DNA of 62,930 nt, filler included, from Guillardia theta CCMP2712 (GCF_000315625.1; 4 parts of 4 records of this genome joined end to end with filler, not necessarily neighbours in it), one strand, 5' to 3'; counted from the first letter of the whole stretch, positions 14,590-29,489 are shown. Numbers and translations: made by a program. The notes: generated by a model not told the origin, from the letters alone.

Positions 14590-16371
14590 TTAGGAGAGGA
14601 AGTGAAGGTTGAGGAAGCCCATGGTGAACATGGCGATAGGCAGAATCACGCTGCTGGCAAAGGAGGAGGCCGAGGAATACTTGGCTGCCTTCTCAGTGAT
14701 GGTATCCATGCTCTTCTTCTCCGAGTGGGTGAGAGGCTGATCACAAAGTCAGCAGTCAGCAACAACAACTCTGCACATCCCCCTCACCCCTCCGCTTTGT
14801 CGAATCTGACTCACGAAGCTGGCGAGATGGTTGACATCACTCTTGGACAGAGGATGCACGTTGGGTGCAGTCGTCGTCGAGTTTCCAGCCAAGAGGGTCC
14901 CACCAGCCAGCTCTCGCAGCAATGTGGGTTTCATAGCCTTGTTCTCGTCTGCACACTGAACCGATCCATCGTCGAGAGTGACCAGATGGCAGGGTTGAGC
15001 TTTCTCCAGTGCCTTCAACTGTATCGCCATGATCTTTGACTTGACCTGCGCCATGACAACATCAGTGAATCTCAACCGCAAAACTTGTCCCAGCTCACCT
15101 CTGCCTTGTCTGCCCTGCTCTGCAGATATTTCTGCAGCTGCAGTGCCACGTTGCCGGACTCGTATGTCGCCAAGTTCATCCCTGCCGCTGCCTGGGAAGG
15201 GCCAGGAGCCTGGACTGCGTGCTGCTGCAGCCATTGCTGGCTGCCAACAGGAGGAGGAGTAGTCTCGGGAGCTGCAGTGGTGCTAGGAGGAGGAGGACAA
15301 GCGCATCTGAGTTGTCCGGACGGGTCCTGCTGCACGCATCCCATATCTCCCTCGCAAAGAGCATTCTGTCATGAATGTGAGAGGAGCACGGAGACAACAA
15401 GAGTTTGTGTGTGTGACCTTGCATTGCTGACCGTTGTTGGGGCAGATCTGCTCAACACGATGATGTCAATATTTGCTGTCTGACATGGCGAGTGTTTCTT
15501 TTGAACTCACCGGTGCGCCTTGTAACATCTGAGGTACAGGAGCAGGTTGATAGTACTGAGGATACCCCATTGCAGGTGAGTTGGACGTAGGATAGACTGA
15601 GATGATTCGAACGTTAATGTGAATATACACAAGGAGGACAAGGAACCTGGCGTTCTGTACTGGTACGGGTAGCTAACCATCTGCAGAAAACTTCAACACA
15701 CGTACCAGTGTTTTACCATCACGTGTTCAGACCTGCTGCATCACGTTGGGAGGGAGGAGCTGCCCCAATGGCGCCATGTTCTGGTTGTTGTAGGCGGATT
15801 GTGCGGTTTGTGAAGGATACTGAATGGTTTGCAGGAGGTTATCCATCGGTGTAACGCCACTCTGCAATCATAGAGTTCAGAACATGGTCGCATGTGCAAC
15901 AGAGGGCGAGCACTGAGAACTGGCTGATTGGAATCATGGACAATCATCTACTCTACGTGATCATGATGATCAAGATCGTTAATCCTGGCATGAACTCTCT
16001 GAGGCTCTAACCCTGCCATGGTGTTCGGGACCCAGGATCAACCAAACTTTTACAGCCTGGAAGCCAGAACAGGAACGAGATGATTGATATATGATAGCAG
16101 CACGAACACACTGAAAGCATCGCCGAGGCTTCCGTCAATCATCCTATGAATCCTCCCGTCTCACAGCAAGCCTTTCGCACATTCCTCCAATTTGTTCGCA
16201 TTATGTGCTACTATGATGAGCTCTCTTCGGTGACTCTATCGAGTGCAGCACGAGCAAACTCTTTCCCTTCGCTCTCTCTCAGTTGTCATCACTCACCAGG
16301 TGACCAACGCATACGACCATGAGCCCCAGCCCTGCCATCACCAGCGCCTCGCGCCAGCCCCAGGCCGCCAT
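14590..16371 (-). CDS. hypothetical secreted/surface protein, multi-exon
   Basis: Hydrophobic N-terminus MAAWGWREALVMAGLGLMVVCVG; internal coding-like exons (CVQQDPSGQLRCACPPP, MAQVKSKIMAIQLKAL); hydrophobic C-terminus SSASSFASSVILPIAMFTMGFLNLHFSS*. Confidence 0.5.
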
Positions 16372-16999
16372 GTCGCCTTCGCCTGCGCTATTTCGGGCTT
16401 GTAGGCCCTTGTCGTGAGGCAGGCTCGCGGCTGTACGAGTCCTCATCCTGTTGCGTGTCGTTGTATCCGTTATATATCGGTTACACTAGTACAATTTGGC
16501 AGTGGGCTCCATCCGTTATTTCCGTTACTCGGTCGAGAGGGCACAAAGGGGGGTGGTGCACAGATAGCCGGATGGAGGGGGTAGGTGGTGCATATAGGTG
16601 TTGGTGGAGTCCGCCTCGTTAGAAGCGAAGGGTCATGGCGGTGAGTGACGGCAGTGAGATGAACGGGAGGAGGGGGAGAGGGAGGAAGGAGGAGGGGGAG
16701 GAAGGAGGATAGGGAGGAGGGAGGAGGGAGGAGGGGGAGGAAAGAGGAGGGAGGAGGGGAAGGAGGTGGAGGCAGGGAACTGTTGGAGAAGAGTATGAAG
16801 AGGAGGGCAACTAGGGACACGAGGAGCGCCAAAGGATGGAGGTCGAGGAAGGGGTGGAAGCAGGGAGTGTTAAGGAGAACGTAAGTTGAGGAGTTACCTC
16901 AAGGGATGAGACAGGGGATGAAGAAGAACATTAGAGATCACCAAACAAAGTGGGGCGGGGCGAGGGGTACGATGCTAACATGCATACCCAACTGGACGA

Positions 17000-19440
17000 G
17001 AGACGAAGGATTTTATGGTGTTAACACAAATCTCGCTTGCTTGGTTTTGTTTGTCGAGGAGAACATTGAGAGAAAAACCTTGTTTTCTTATGTTGCCTGT
17101 TATCATGATTTCACTACTCACGTTGATCTGTGCTGATGTTTGATGACCAACAGGGTCCGCTGTCCGGCTTGTACGGCAGTGTATCCAACATCGGTGACTC
17201 GGGTTCCTCAAGGATGAAGACGAGAAGGTATCCAAGAAGAAACTCCTAAACTTGTTCTGTGCATTTCATTCTCTTCACAATGTTCTCCCAGTACCTTTGA
17301 TGTTGTGCGTTGTCGCAGGACCATCGCTGTCGCTGCTTCTCTCGTCTCTTTGGGGCTCGTTGCTGCTCTGGCTGCTCTAGCACTTGTACATGAATCTAGC
17401 GGTGAGTTGCTGTACATGACTGAATCACGATCTGTCTGAAACATGGTGCAGTGGAAAGGAATGTTCTCATGAACAAGCAGCAGGTGAGCATTGTCTTGTG
17501 GAGGGGAGGATGTGACGTTGGGATGGTGCAGGCTGCTTGGTGGGGTTATCCACACAAGGTAGGCTTGATTGTTATACAAGAATGAATGGGTGCTGATCGA
17601 CAAGTGCAGGATGCAAATGGGGTCTGGCATCGAGGCTGGTTGTCAAAGTTTGAGAACAGGAGAAGAAGAGCGCAAGGTATTCTTAGTAATCGCATCCGAT
17701 GGAAGGATTGACAGTGAGATTTAGCATCAGCGTCCACCGGCTCGAACAAGAACGAGCTGAAAGAAATTCACTCCATGCTGAATGAGGTAGATAGCGATGA
17801 GAAAGCATCGGCACGTGCCCTGATCCCTTGTCAGGCTGTCGACATGTTGAAGAGCTATGAGCACAAGGGCTCTATGCTCTCCACTGGCACTGGGAGGTAA
17901 AGGAAGCCCGGCACTGATTGCAGTTGTTAAGTCCCACGATCAGGTCCATGAGTCACGCTACTGCCGATCGACTCAAGAAGGTCGAGGGCGAGGCGTCTCG
18001 CAGCCTCCCGGGTGTAACAGAATATCCCAAGGTAGCATGAACATGTCACAAGGTGGAATGCGGCTGATCTTGACTTCCAGTGCTTCATCAACAACGAGTT
18101 CACCGATGCCGATAGAGCTCATTTCATCCGAAGGATGGGAGAGGCTGCTGACAACTTGGTGCTCTCGTACCCCGACTGGGCCAAAGGACAATCTATCCCT
18201 GGCCGAGCGCAGGATGGAGAATGGCGTCATGACAGAGGGCCGCCGTATGTTCAGCGTTTGACCATGTTCTCTGGCCAAGGAGTTGACACTATCAGCAATG
18301 GCGATCTCGTTCGTAGGATCCTCGGGCTCAACAAGGCGTTTCAGAAACCTTGTGACCTGCGATCATGCGATCATGCCTTCACGGGGAATCAGTACTTGAA
18401 GAGCTTCGACGGGTCGCAGTTCCGTTTCTTGTACAGGAATCAGGTCAGACTACACCGTGCATGCTTGCCCTGTGATCCAGCCGTGCTGTGCTGTTATCTC
18501 GATAACAGGCTACTAACTGTGACTTACCCGCAGTGCTCGGCTATCGTCGTTCCTCCGCTCACCAATGTGAAGCTCGTTGCTCTAGAGAGTCGGTTGGTGA
18601 TCTGTGCTTTGGTAGGGTGCCGGTCCCATCCTCAACCACAACGGCATGTATCGCCTTCACCACTACTTGAAAGACGGGTGCTTGTCAATCTCTTCGCTCT
18701 CCTGCCCTTGACCCTGCTGGTGGTCAGGTACAACACCCTCATCGTTACTGGTGGAGTTGCCAACATCCTCTTCATCAACCAGAACGTGGCTACTCTCGGT
18801 ATCTGACCTTGGCTGCGCCCAACACTTCTCATCACTCTTGCAGACGGTGGTTTCTCCCTCGAGCCCAACTGGGTTGATGGGCCGTACGAGGCTCAGGTAC
18901 TGTTCCTGCTGTTGGCGCACGGGTCGAAGCTGACAGGTTTCTAGGCTGCTCAAGGAGCCAACACTCCCTTCGCCGCACTCTCCGTCACTCTCCCAGGACC
19001 TGGTGTTGCTGTCACCGGCGTGAAGATTTCGTCCCTTCCCCGCAATGCCATCAGCTACTACGAGGTCTCCTCCTCCTCCTCCTCCTCCTCCTCCTCCTCC
19101 TGCTCGTTTTCTGGCGATGAGGACAAAAATAAGCAGGAGCGCCAGGTCCTCGTACNNNNNNNNNNNNNNNNNNNNNNNNNNNNNNNNNNNNNNNNNNNNN
19201 NNNNNNNNNNNNNNNNNNNNNNNNNNNNNNNNNNNNNNNNNNNNNNNNNNNNNNNNNNNNNNNNNNNNNNNNNNNNNNNNNNNNNNNNNNNNNNNNNNNN
19301 NNNNNNNNNNNNNNNNNNNNNNNNNNNNNNNNNNNCAGCCAGAGAGTTTTCCTCTTCAGGAGGCACTTGGAACAGAGTTTGACTGTAATTCCTAACTGAC
19401 CAGGATTCTGGCACGGCGTGTGAGTTCAGGACAATCACAG
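17000..19440 (+). CDS. hypothetical type II membrane protein, multi-exon, interrupted by gaps
   Basis: LYGSV motif followed by TM segment TIAVAASLVSLGLVAALAALALV. Exon-like segments YPDWAKGQSIPGRAQDGEWRHD and YNTLIVTGGVANILFINQN. Boundaries uncertain. Confidence 0.5.
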
Positions 19441-19670
19441 AGNNNNNNNNNNNNNNNNNNNNNNNNNNNNNNNNNNNNNNNNNNNNNNNNNNNNNNNNNN
19501 NNNNNNNNNNNNNNNNNNNNNNNNNNNNNNNNNNNNNNNNNNNNNNNNNNNNNNNNNNNNNNNNNNNNNNNNNNNNNNNNNNNNNNNNNNNNNNNNNNNN
19601 NNNNNNNNNNNNNNNNNNNNNNNNNNNNNNNNNNNNNNNNNNNNNNNNNGATTTCAGTTCAGAAAAATTG

Positions 19671-19891
19671 TCCTCCTCCTCCTCCTCCTCCTCCTCCTCC
19701 TCCTCCTCCTCCTCCTCCTCCTCCTCCTCCTCCTCCTCCTCCTCCTCCTCCTCCTCCTCCTCCTCCTCCTCCTCCTCCTCCTCCTCCTCCTCCTCCTCCT
19801 CCTCCTCCTCCTCCTCCTCCTCCTCCTCCTCCTCCTCCTCCTCCTCCTCCTCCTCCTCCTCCTCCTCCTCCTCCTCCTCCTCCTCCTCCTC
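19671..19891. repeat. (CCT)n microsatellite, ~73 units
   Basis: Directly visible. Confidence 0.95.
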
Positions 19892-20289
19892 GTTCGTCAC
19901 TGACTGATGAGCTAGGCTGAGGACACATCGGTAGTTTTCGAGATCCCCATGGGAACGGTGAGGCTTGTAGGAGGGGATCAAGTTGTGCTCTGATACTCTG
20001 AGAGCAGGGAAGGATCATCTATCTTGGGTATGATTATTCAGAGCCTGTCACTCCTTGGGTTCATGCCCTGATTGCCTCCACCATGTTCAACGATTATGAC
20101 TTCAAGGTGACTCGTTGGGCTCCACTGCACCCCTTTTCCTCCTTCCCTGTCTCTCTGCTCCCTGCTCCCTGCTCCCTTCTTTTCTCCCTCTTGCAGCCAT
20201 CCGATGACTCGGGCGATGCCAGGCGCCTCCACCAGAGCACATGGCGCGGTCGGTCAATCGGTGGGGAGTCAAGGACAACTAAGCTATGT

Positions 20290-20660
20290 AATCCTATCAA
20301 TGAATCTCTAGCCGGGATCCGCCGGTCTCTGGCTTCTGAAACAGTGCCGCTGCATCATTTTGCCTTTAGTGCTCAGTTCTCGACTGACGGTGGCACCGGG
20401 ACTCGAGTCAGTTCCGATTCCTGAACTTGGCTAGGTGGCCACTTAGTACGGTAGAGCCCGGAGTCCGGCGGGCCCGGGGTCGGTTCGGCGACTGTACGAG
20501 TCACGGTTACGGTCGGGCCGGGCCGGCGGCTGTCACGTGCGGTCAGCCACCGTCAAGCCTGGTCACCGTCCGGGTGAACGTCACTCTGAGTGGAGTCACA
20601 GTGCCTAGCAAGCGAGTACCCAGAAGCCGGCAGACCGGAAGGGGGAATGTCGGGACGCGT
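20290..20660. other. GC-rich patchwork island upstream of the kinase gene
   Basis: ccggg, ggccgggccgg, gtcacggt, tcagt words, as in the other GC islands. Confidence 0.5.
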
Positions 20661-20956
20661 GCATGCTCAGTCAAGCGTAGGAGGAGGAGGAGGAGGAGGA
20701 TAAGACAAAAGGGAAAGAGGACGCGAACGAGGACACATCACAGAACAAGCACGAGGAGAGTAGGTTCAGGAGAGGAGGAGGAGAAGACTGTAGCAGGAAG
20801 GGAGCCCAGAGGCAGATATTCACGCCCTCGTTGCTGACGGCACGAAAGTTCAGGATAGGTTAGCACCAAGGAGGAGGAGGAGGAGGAGGAAGAGGAGAAG
20901 CAGGAGCAGGAGGAGCAGGATATTCTATAGAGGAAGAGAGATAAAAGGAGAGGATC

Positions 20957-22108
20957 ATGGTTTGCTCCTACGACGAACTTCCTATCCTGGATGTAGAATT
21001 CGACCTATTGCACCCGTTTCAATCTGCTCAGGAGGTCGTGCAGAGATTGTGGCCTTTCCTTGGCGAAGATGTGAGATGTTTTCAAGCTCTACACCATGAC
21101 GATGTTCATGTTGTCGAGGGAGGCATCACCAACAAGTTATTCAGAGTTTGTATGGCAAAGACAGCAGGTGGCAACGTACCCAGATCAGTTTTGTTGAGGG
21201 TTTTCGGAGATGGCGGGATGATAGATAGAGTGGCAGAAACCAAATGCTTCGTCGAGCTCTGGGAGGCTGGGTTGGGGCCCAAGTGCTATGGAAGGTTCAA
21301 GAACGGCAGGATCGAGGAGTACTACGAGGACGTCAAGACGTTGACATGTGACGACCTGAGCGAAGAAACGATATCGCGCGCGATTGCAGAGCAGTTGGCC
21401 AAGACTCACAAGACCATGAAGCTCCCTCAAGACAGCAGCAGACCGACTCTCTTCACGCAGATGCGCCAGTGGCTGGTGCAGGCAAGGGGCAGTCACGACG
21501 ACATGGTGTCTCTGGAGCCAGACTTTGACATTTCGTTGAAGTGGCTCGAGGAAAGGATCGCGGAGTTTGAAAGCTCCATACAGGACAGCTTCGCCGTCGT
21601 GTTCTGCCACAATGATCTTCTCGCTGCTAACATCCTGCAAGAGCTGGCGGACGGGAAGCTTCACTTCATCGACTTCGAGTACGGCGGGGCCAACTACAGC
21701 GCCTTCGACATTGCCAACCACTTCAACGAGTGGGCAGGAGGTACAGACACTGGTCGGCCTGACTACTCCAAGTTCCCGACAGAGCAGCAGATGGCGAGAT
21801 TCTGCTCGCACTACCTCCGTGAGCTGCACGGGAGCGACAAGGTGGAGAGCGAGGTGGCAGGGCTGCTGCAGGAGGTGAAGATTTTCCTGTCGATTAACCA
21901 TCTGTACTGGGGGCTGTGGGCGATCAATATGGGGACGTCGATGGGTAGCGCCTCCTTCCCTTACTTCACCTTCGCAAGGCACAGGTTGGAGCAGGTGAGA
22001 GAGGAGGAGGAGGAGGAGGAGGAAGAGGAGGACAGGAGGTGGTTGGCGGCTGAAGCTTTTATGACAGTGCATGAAAGGGATGCCGAAGGCTTGATAGCGT
22101 GTCAGTGA
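20957..22108 (+). CDS. choline/ethanolamine kinase
   Basis: GGITNKLF; LLRVFG; GLGPKCYGRFKNGRIEEY; Brenner motif FCHNDLLAANIL; FIDFEYGGANYSAFDIANHFNEWAG; HLYWGLWAI. A final intron is likely from ~21995. Confidence 0.95.
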   Translation: MVCSYDELPILDVEFDLLHPFQSAQEVVQRLWPFLGEDVRCFQALHHDDVHVVEGGITNKLFRVCMAKTAGGNVPRSVLLRVFGDGGMIDRVAETKCFVELWEAGLGPKCYGRFKNGRIEEYYEDVKTLTCDDLSEETISRAIAEQLAKTHKTMKLPQDSSRPTLFTQMRQWLVQARGSHDDMVSLEPDFDISLKWLEERIAEFESSIQDSFAVVFCHNDLLAANILQELADGKLHFIDFEYGGANYSAFDIANHFNEWAGGTDTGRPDYSKFPTEQQMARFCSHYLRELHGSDKVESEVAGLLQEVKIFLSINHLYWGLWAINMGTSMGSASFPYFTFARHRLEQVREEEEEEEEEEDRRWLAAEAFMTVHERDAEGLIACQ

Positions 22109-22277
22109 CCTCGATAGCTCTTTGACTTTCCTCGCTCAATCGTCGATAGAGCCGATGCTCGTCCTTGTACGCCTCCTCTGTAAATTACGAAAAGAATTCT
22201 CCATCCCCCGCCTTGTACGAGCTGCTGCAAAGGAGACATGCAGGGAAAAACTCGAGAGCGGCTTCCTTGTCGCAGGG

Positions 22278-24745
<2,468 letters not shown>

Positions 24746-24769
24746 TGCAACTTTGGCTGCAACTACAAC

Positions 24770-25430
24770 TTTCAACGTTTATCAACTTTGACCATCCAAA
24801 CTTTCGTTTCAACATTTGAACCGTGTGAACTTTGAAACTTTGTACTAACTTGTAGTACTGTCCTCCGTACTGATTTTTAACTTAACTTTGAGAGTCACTG
24901 AAACAGTACTGGCTGTGCCGGGCTGCTTCAGTCAGGGCCGGGCCCGGGGTTTCCGGGCCGGGCGGGGCCCACTGCCACTTGCCAGTAACTCAGAGCCTTT
25001 TAAGTTACTGAAAATCAGTACTCCGTACTTACGAGCCTGAGGACCTTGAATCAGGAGAGTCGACTTGCCCCCGGTGACACTGGCCCACGGGCCCGGGCGC
25101 CACTCAGCCGATGTGGCTGTATGAGCCCGGAGGTACTACCGGTACTTCTGTACTCAAAGTTAGGCTACCCGGTAGTACTACCCTGTAGGATCCGAGCCCT
25201 GAGGGAGAACATTTACCATGGCCCGGCGCAGCCGATGGTGCAGGCGGTAAACCATGTCCGGGAGGTCATCGCCGTGCCACGGTGAGTGGAGGAGGTACTA
25301 AGAGGAGCGGCTCGAACTCCCGTAGCGGCGGCGTAGCATCATGCCAGTGTACCGTCGCAGATGTCGGAACCTGGGTTTCAGGGGAGGCGTAGCGCCCCGG
25401 CCCTGTAACGTGATCCGACATGGCGGGGGA
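24770..25430. other. patchwork island in divergent promoter region
   Basis: aactt/gtact words, then ccgggccggg, ggcccggg, cggtgac, actcag words. Confidence 0.55.
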
Positions 25431-25700
25431 GCGGCGATTGTCAGAGGAAAGGAGGAGAGGAACCAAAGATAGTGACAGGCTGTGATAGCAAAGTAGGGAG
25501 GTATGCGCTTAAAGAATCGTCCTTGTGCCATAGATTTACGTGAATGGCTCTTGTTGTGATCAGTGAGGTGTGGAGGGTTTGAGCCTGGGAAGTGAAAGAA
25601 GTTGAGATCAAGACAAAGTTGATGAAACTCTTTTGATTCGCCCAGATGTGGTGTAACTGTACTTGTCAGCCGAGCGTTACCTTCATAGTTGGAGTTCATC

Positions 25701-26945
25701 ATGGATAGCTTGAGATGGTTGGGATTGCAGCAATGACGGGGAAACAGAGGGACAACGAGAAAAGAAGGTGAGGTGAGGAGAAGGGAATGCTATGATCATT
25801 CATAAGTGCGTCAGGCAACCCGGCTCATAGCGGAAGACGGATCAAGAGATGTTTCTCAACAACAAGAGGAATCTGAGGAGTTCAGAAACATTGTATCCGA
25901 ACGAGATGCAGAAGTTTGTCGATCTTCGCTACGATCAAGGTCGGCAAGGAGGGGATTTGACACATGAAATCGATGAACTTCCAATCCTCTCCCCTACCCG
26001 CTGCCCCTCCTGCCAATGTTGCATCCAGGCAACCTTGCTGTCTCCTTCATGATTACATGCCTTACTCTCTCCTCGCAGAACCGAGCTCTTCGAGCAGAGT
26101 TGTACAAGCAGAGACAGGCCTTCGTACAGAGCGAAGAGAAGAAAGGTTTCCTCATGAAGCAGTTAGAGGAGGCACTTCAGCTTCTAGAACGACATTCAAA
26201 GGCAACTGACATCTCATCTGTGCCTCTTTCACTCCTCATCTTCTCTTGCAGCTCTCCTCTGCCTTGCAAAGATGTTCTGACCAACGGAAGACGATGCAGA
26301 CTGGAAGCGAAGAGGAGGACAAACGAGGATCAAGTGAGACCAGCAACCTTGTTGTTGATTTCACATGGAGCCGTTGGTAGTCTCGTGCTGATAGCCAAAA
26401 TTTCTTTCTTGATGGAGATTGTCTCAATGTCTGAATGAGATTCGTTGCTGATGGAAACTTTCTAAGATCTTCAAGATAGCGAGGAGATTCAGGAGCAGCG
26501 TGCGGAAGGCAGCTGTACAAGTCAGGTAGCAGGGGGTAGCGAGGCAACGAAGGTAAGGGAACGTGCCAAGGTGGGAGGGCTGTTGCCTGACAGGACTGTA
26601 GGAGGATGGTGAGAAAAACAGAGAGATGGAGGAATTGAGCAGGAGGGTACAACAACTCGAAGAAGATAATGCAAGGCTAATGAAGGAGAAACATGACCTT
26701 GAGGTAGCCCACAAGAGGACGGTACAGTCTGGATGCGCGTGTGAGAGGTAGCTGACGAAGTTACCAGATGAAGTTCGTAGAGAATCACCTGCAGACGTCC
26801 AGTGCGTCACCAAGAGCAAGTCCTGCCAAAGAGAAGAGGAGCTCTAGTCCAGCTGGAGGGTCAAAACATCCGTCTACACCTTCCAAGGAAAATGTCTCGA
26901 AGGGGAGCAGGAGCAAGACGGCAAATATCGGCAATGAGGGTTGAG
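25701..26945 (+). CDS. hypothetical coiled-coil protein, multi-exon
   Basis: Heptad-like exons NRALRAELYKQRQAFVQSEEKKGFLMKQLEEALQLLE and EMEELSRRVQQLEEDNARLMKEKHDLE, flanked by GT/AG. Confidence 0.5.
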
Positions 26946-27154
26946 GTGAATTGCAGCGGGGGATGTTTCAATCCTTGATGTTTCATTGATGAAGAAATTT
27001 TAGAAAGATGAACAAGCTCAAAAAATCCTTCGAAAATTCTACGGGGATTGAGGAAAAAACCTGACAATAAATTGTCCTACCTTGACATAAAGATAACAGA
27101 AAACTTGAGATCCGCTTTCATACATCGTGATTGCTCGGTGAGAAAGGCCATGTG

Positions 27155-29197
27155 CTATCTGCGAAGATGGTCCAGCCCGACCTGCTTGCCTTCGCCCCAG
27201 TACTTGGCGATGCTCTTGAACTCGTCCCAGTTCTCCGACGAGATCTGGATGGCCATGGTTCCCGATGGTTGAGCTACCGGAAAGGCGAGGATGACCTCGG
27301 GAGAGTTGGGAGTTGCGTTCGCAAGGAGATTGAGCCATTCGAAGCGGAGGACGCCTTTCTCCTCCCCGAACTTGGCGTCGAGGATCGACCTTCCGGCACG
27401 CATCCACGAGTTCCAAACGAAGAGCTTCGGGTAAGGTGACTTCTCTGCTGCAAGCTTCTCCTCGTTGAATTTGGGCAGATTGTGCTCGAGAATGTACAGG
27501 CCGTTGTTTACTGCCTTGCGGATATCCCGCGCGACTGCCAACACGTTGCCTTCAAGCAGCAGCTGCATAGAGATGTACACGTTGATGTCCACCACGGCAT
27601 TCCCGAAGAAGTCCTCGCTCAGTCCTCGTTTGCGCCTGTCAGTCAAGACGATGATGTGAGCATATGGCATCGCCTGCGGGCCCTTGCGATGCGGTGCTAA
27701 CGCACAGGCGCATTGCGCCATCAAGATGTCGTTGGTGCTCAGTCGATCACTTGGCGAGCAGTACTGGGCCTTGACCGTGCTCAGAAACTGAGTATTGAGC
27801 TCGTACCTTAGCATTCGGATCTGGTGCGGCGGTGTGATCGGAGGAGGCATCGAGGGTCTCTCATACATACATGGTGGCAAGTTGCTGAGCGAGCTGGCAA
27901 GATTTGTTCCAAACTTTTCTTTCAGCAACGAGTATTCCTGAGACCAGTGGTTCAAGAAGATTCCATAGGTGATGGCATCTCCCAGCACATGATCGAAACA
28001 AACGACAAAGACGCATCCGTGACTGGGATCATTGCTGAGTAGGATGAAAGCCTGGAAGAGAGGAGGCCGCTCTGTGGATTCGTTCGAGACAGGCCTGTAT
28101 TCATTGCATGCGTTGTACCACTGATTCATGTCCGATAGGATGTGGGGTTTCACTAAGATTACTCGAAGCGTGACTTGTTCAGAGGCAAGATGAAAACAGA
28201 GTTTGCCTTGATAATGACAAATCTTGCTCGTGATCGTCGGAAATTTTTTCACGACGTCATCAAGACTCTGAAGCAGCAACGAAGGGTCAAGAACATGTTC
28301 AAACTTCAATGCTATCCTTTGAATTGCAGTTGGATTGGTGACGTAGAATTCATCGTTCCAGCAAATGGACTGGAAGCGATGGATGGATTCCTTAGGCTTG
28401 CGCAGAATGAGTGCCATGCAAGCCCCTGAGCTGTTTGGTTGTGAGTTCTTGGAGTAATTCGTGCTGTCTGAAATCGTACTAGGAAGACTGGCAGGCATAT
28501 TCATAGCGTGCGGGACATTTGCTGACCTTGAGAATGTCTGTCCCTGAAAATCGGAAGCATGTGGAGAATTCGGCATGACATTTGGCGTTTGCATCGGCAC
28601 GGGGGTAGGGAAACTCATCGCATTCCTGCTCGAGTAATTCTGTCCACCGAATTCCATCGGGCGGGAAGTGCTTGGTGTCACAGTTGATACATCGACTCGG
28701 ACTGGATTCGGCATGCTTTGAGCCGCTCTAGGATAAGACTGTGCGTAATACGCTGAAGGTGCACTGTTCTGCAACACATTTCGTCTATCGACCGGGAAGA
28801 AGTTCGAGGAGTTCGCTGGACTCGAATTCGTGTATGACCTGGCAATCTCTGCTGAATTGTAGTTTTCCTGCACGTATCTAGCCTGGGGATAGCCCATTAC
28901 GAGGTGAGGGTATTGCTCAGTGTTGTACGGGCGAGCTTGTTGAGTTTCATAGCTTGAAAGCTGGTTGCTCCTTTCCATGAAGTTGTTCTTGGGACTAATT
29001 TGGGCAAAGGAGTGGCGGCCTTGATAGCTGAGGCCCTGGTACTGCATTGGAACAGCTTGCACGGTGTTGGGCTGTTTTTCCATCTTGTAGAGCGAAGAGT
29101 TCAAAAGGGTCGTGTAGACCATGGGATTTGGAGCTTGATCGACCATGTTTTTGGGAGAGTAAGAGTAGTTCGATGCCAATTCATATGAAGAGACCAT
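27155..29197 (-). CDS. CoA-dependent acyltransferase (BAHD/transferase-like) with long N/Q/S/Y/P-rich N-terminus, single exon
   Basis: 680-aa ORF; catalytic HxxxD (FDHVLGDAIT); LSTNDILMA; FFGNAV; degenerate DFGWG-position motif DAKFGE. Confidence 0.75.
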   Translation of the reverse strand: MVSSYELASNYSYSPKNMVDQAPNPMVYTTLLNSSLYKMEKQPNTVQAVPMQYQGLSYQGRHSFAQISPKNNFMERSNQLSSYETQQARPYNTEQYPHLVMGYPQARYVQENYNSAEIARSYTNSSPANSSNFFPVDRRNVLQNSAPSAYYAQSYPRAAQSMPNPVRVDVSTVTPSTSRPMEFGGQNYSSRNAMSFPTPVPMQTPNVMPNSPHASDFQGQTFSRSANVPHAMNMPASLPSTISDSTNYSKNSQPNSSGACMALILRKPKESIHRFQSICWNDEFYVTNPTAIQRIALKFEHVLDPSLLLQSLDDVVKKFPTITSKICHYQGKLCFHLASEQVTLRVILVKPHILSDMNQWYNACNEYRPVSNESTERPPLFQAFILLSNDPSHGCVFVVCFDHVLGDAITYGIFLNHWSQEYSLLKEKFGTNLASSLSNLPPCMYERPSMPPPITPPHQIRMLRYELNTQFLSTVKAQYCSPSDRLSTNDILMAQCACALAPHRKGPQAMPYAHIIVLTDRRKRGLSEDFFGNAVVDINVYISMQLLLEGNVLAVARDIRKAVNNGLYILEHNLPKFNEEKLAAEKSPYPKLFVWNSWMRAGRSILDAKFGEEKGVLRFEWLNLLANATPNSPEVILAFPVAQPSGTMAIQISSENWDEFKSIAKYWGEGKQVGLDHLRR

Positions 29198-29489
29198 GGC
29201 AATGATGCTTAGAAGCAGACGAACAGAGAGGTTCTGGGACTATGGATGCGATCTTACAAACTGATCTCGGGTCTTTCTCAGTGAGGCTGTCAAAGAGTGG
29301 ACAAGTCTGCACGAATGAAGTAAGCGCACGGGACAGCCATTCATATCAAGTTAATGAACATGCATCCCACTTTCATTTTGCTGTCCTCTGTCTCCTCTGT
29401 CTCCTCTCCCTCCTCTCCCTCCTTTCCCTCCTTACCTCGCATGCCGTCGGGTGGCTGTCTCCTTCGCTCCTGGCAGGAACTAAGGAGCA

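Noticed and set aside
19058-20018. Poly-E/P/S/G ORFs
   Set aside because: Translations of a (CCT)n microsatellite and N gaps.
21185-22072. 295-aa antisense ORF over the kinase (and similar shadow ORFs elsewhere)
   Set aside because: Shadow ORFs of GC-rich coding sequence; the opposite strand has clear family motifs.
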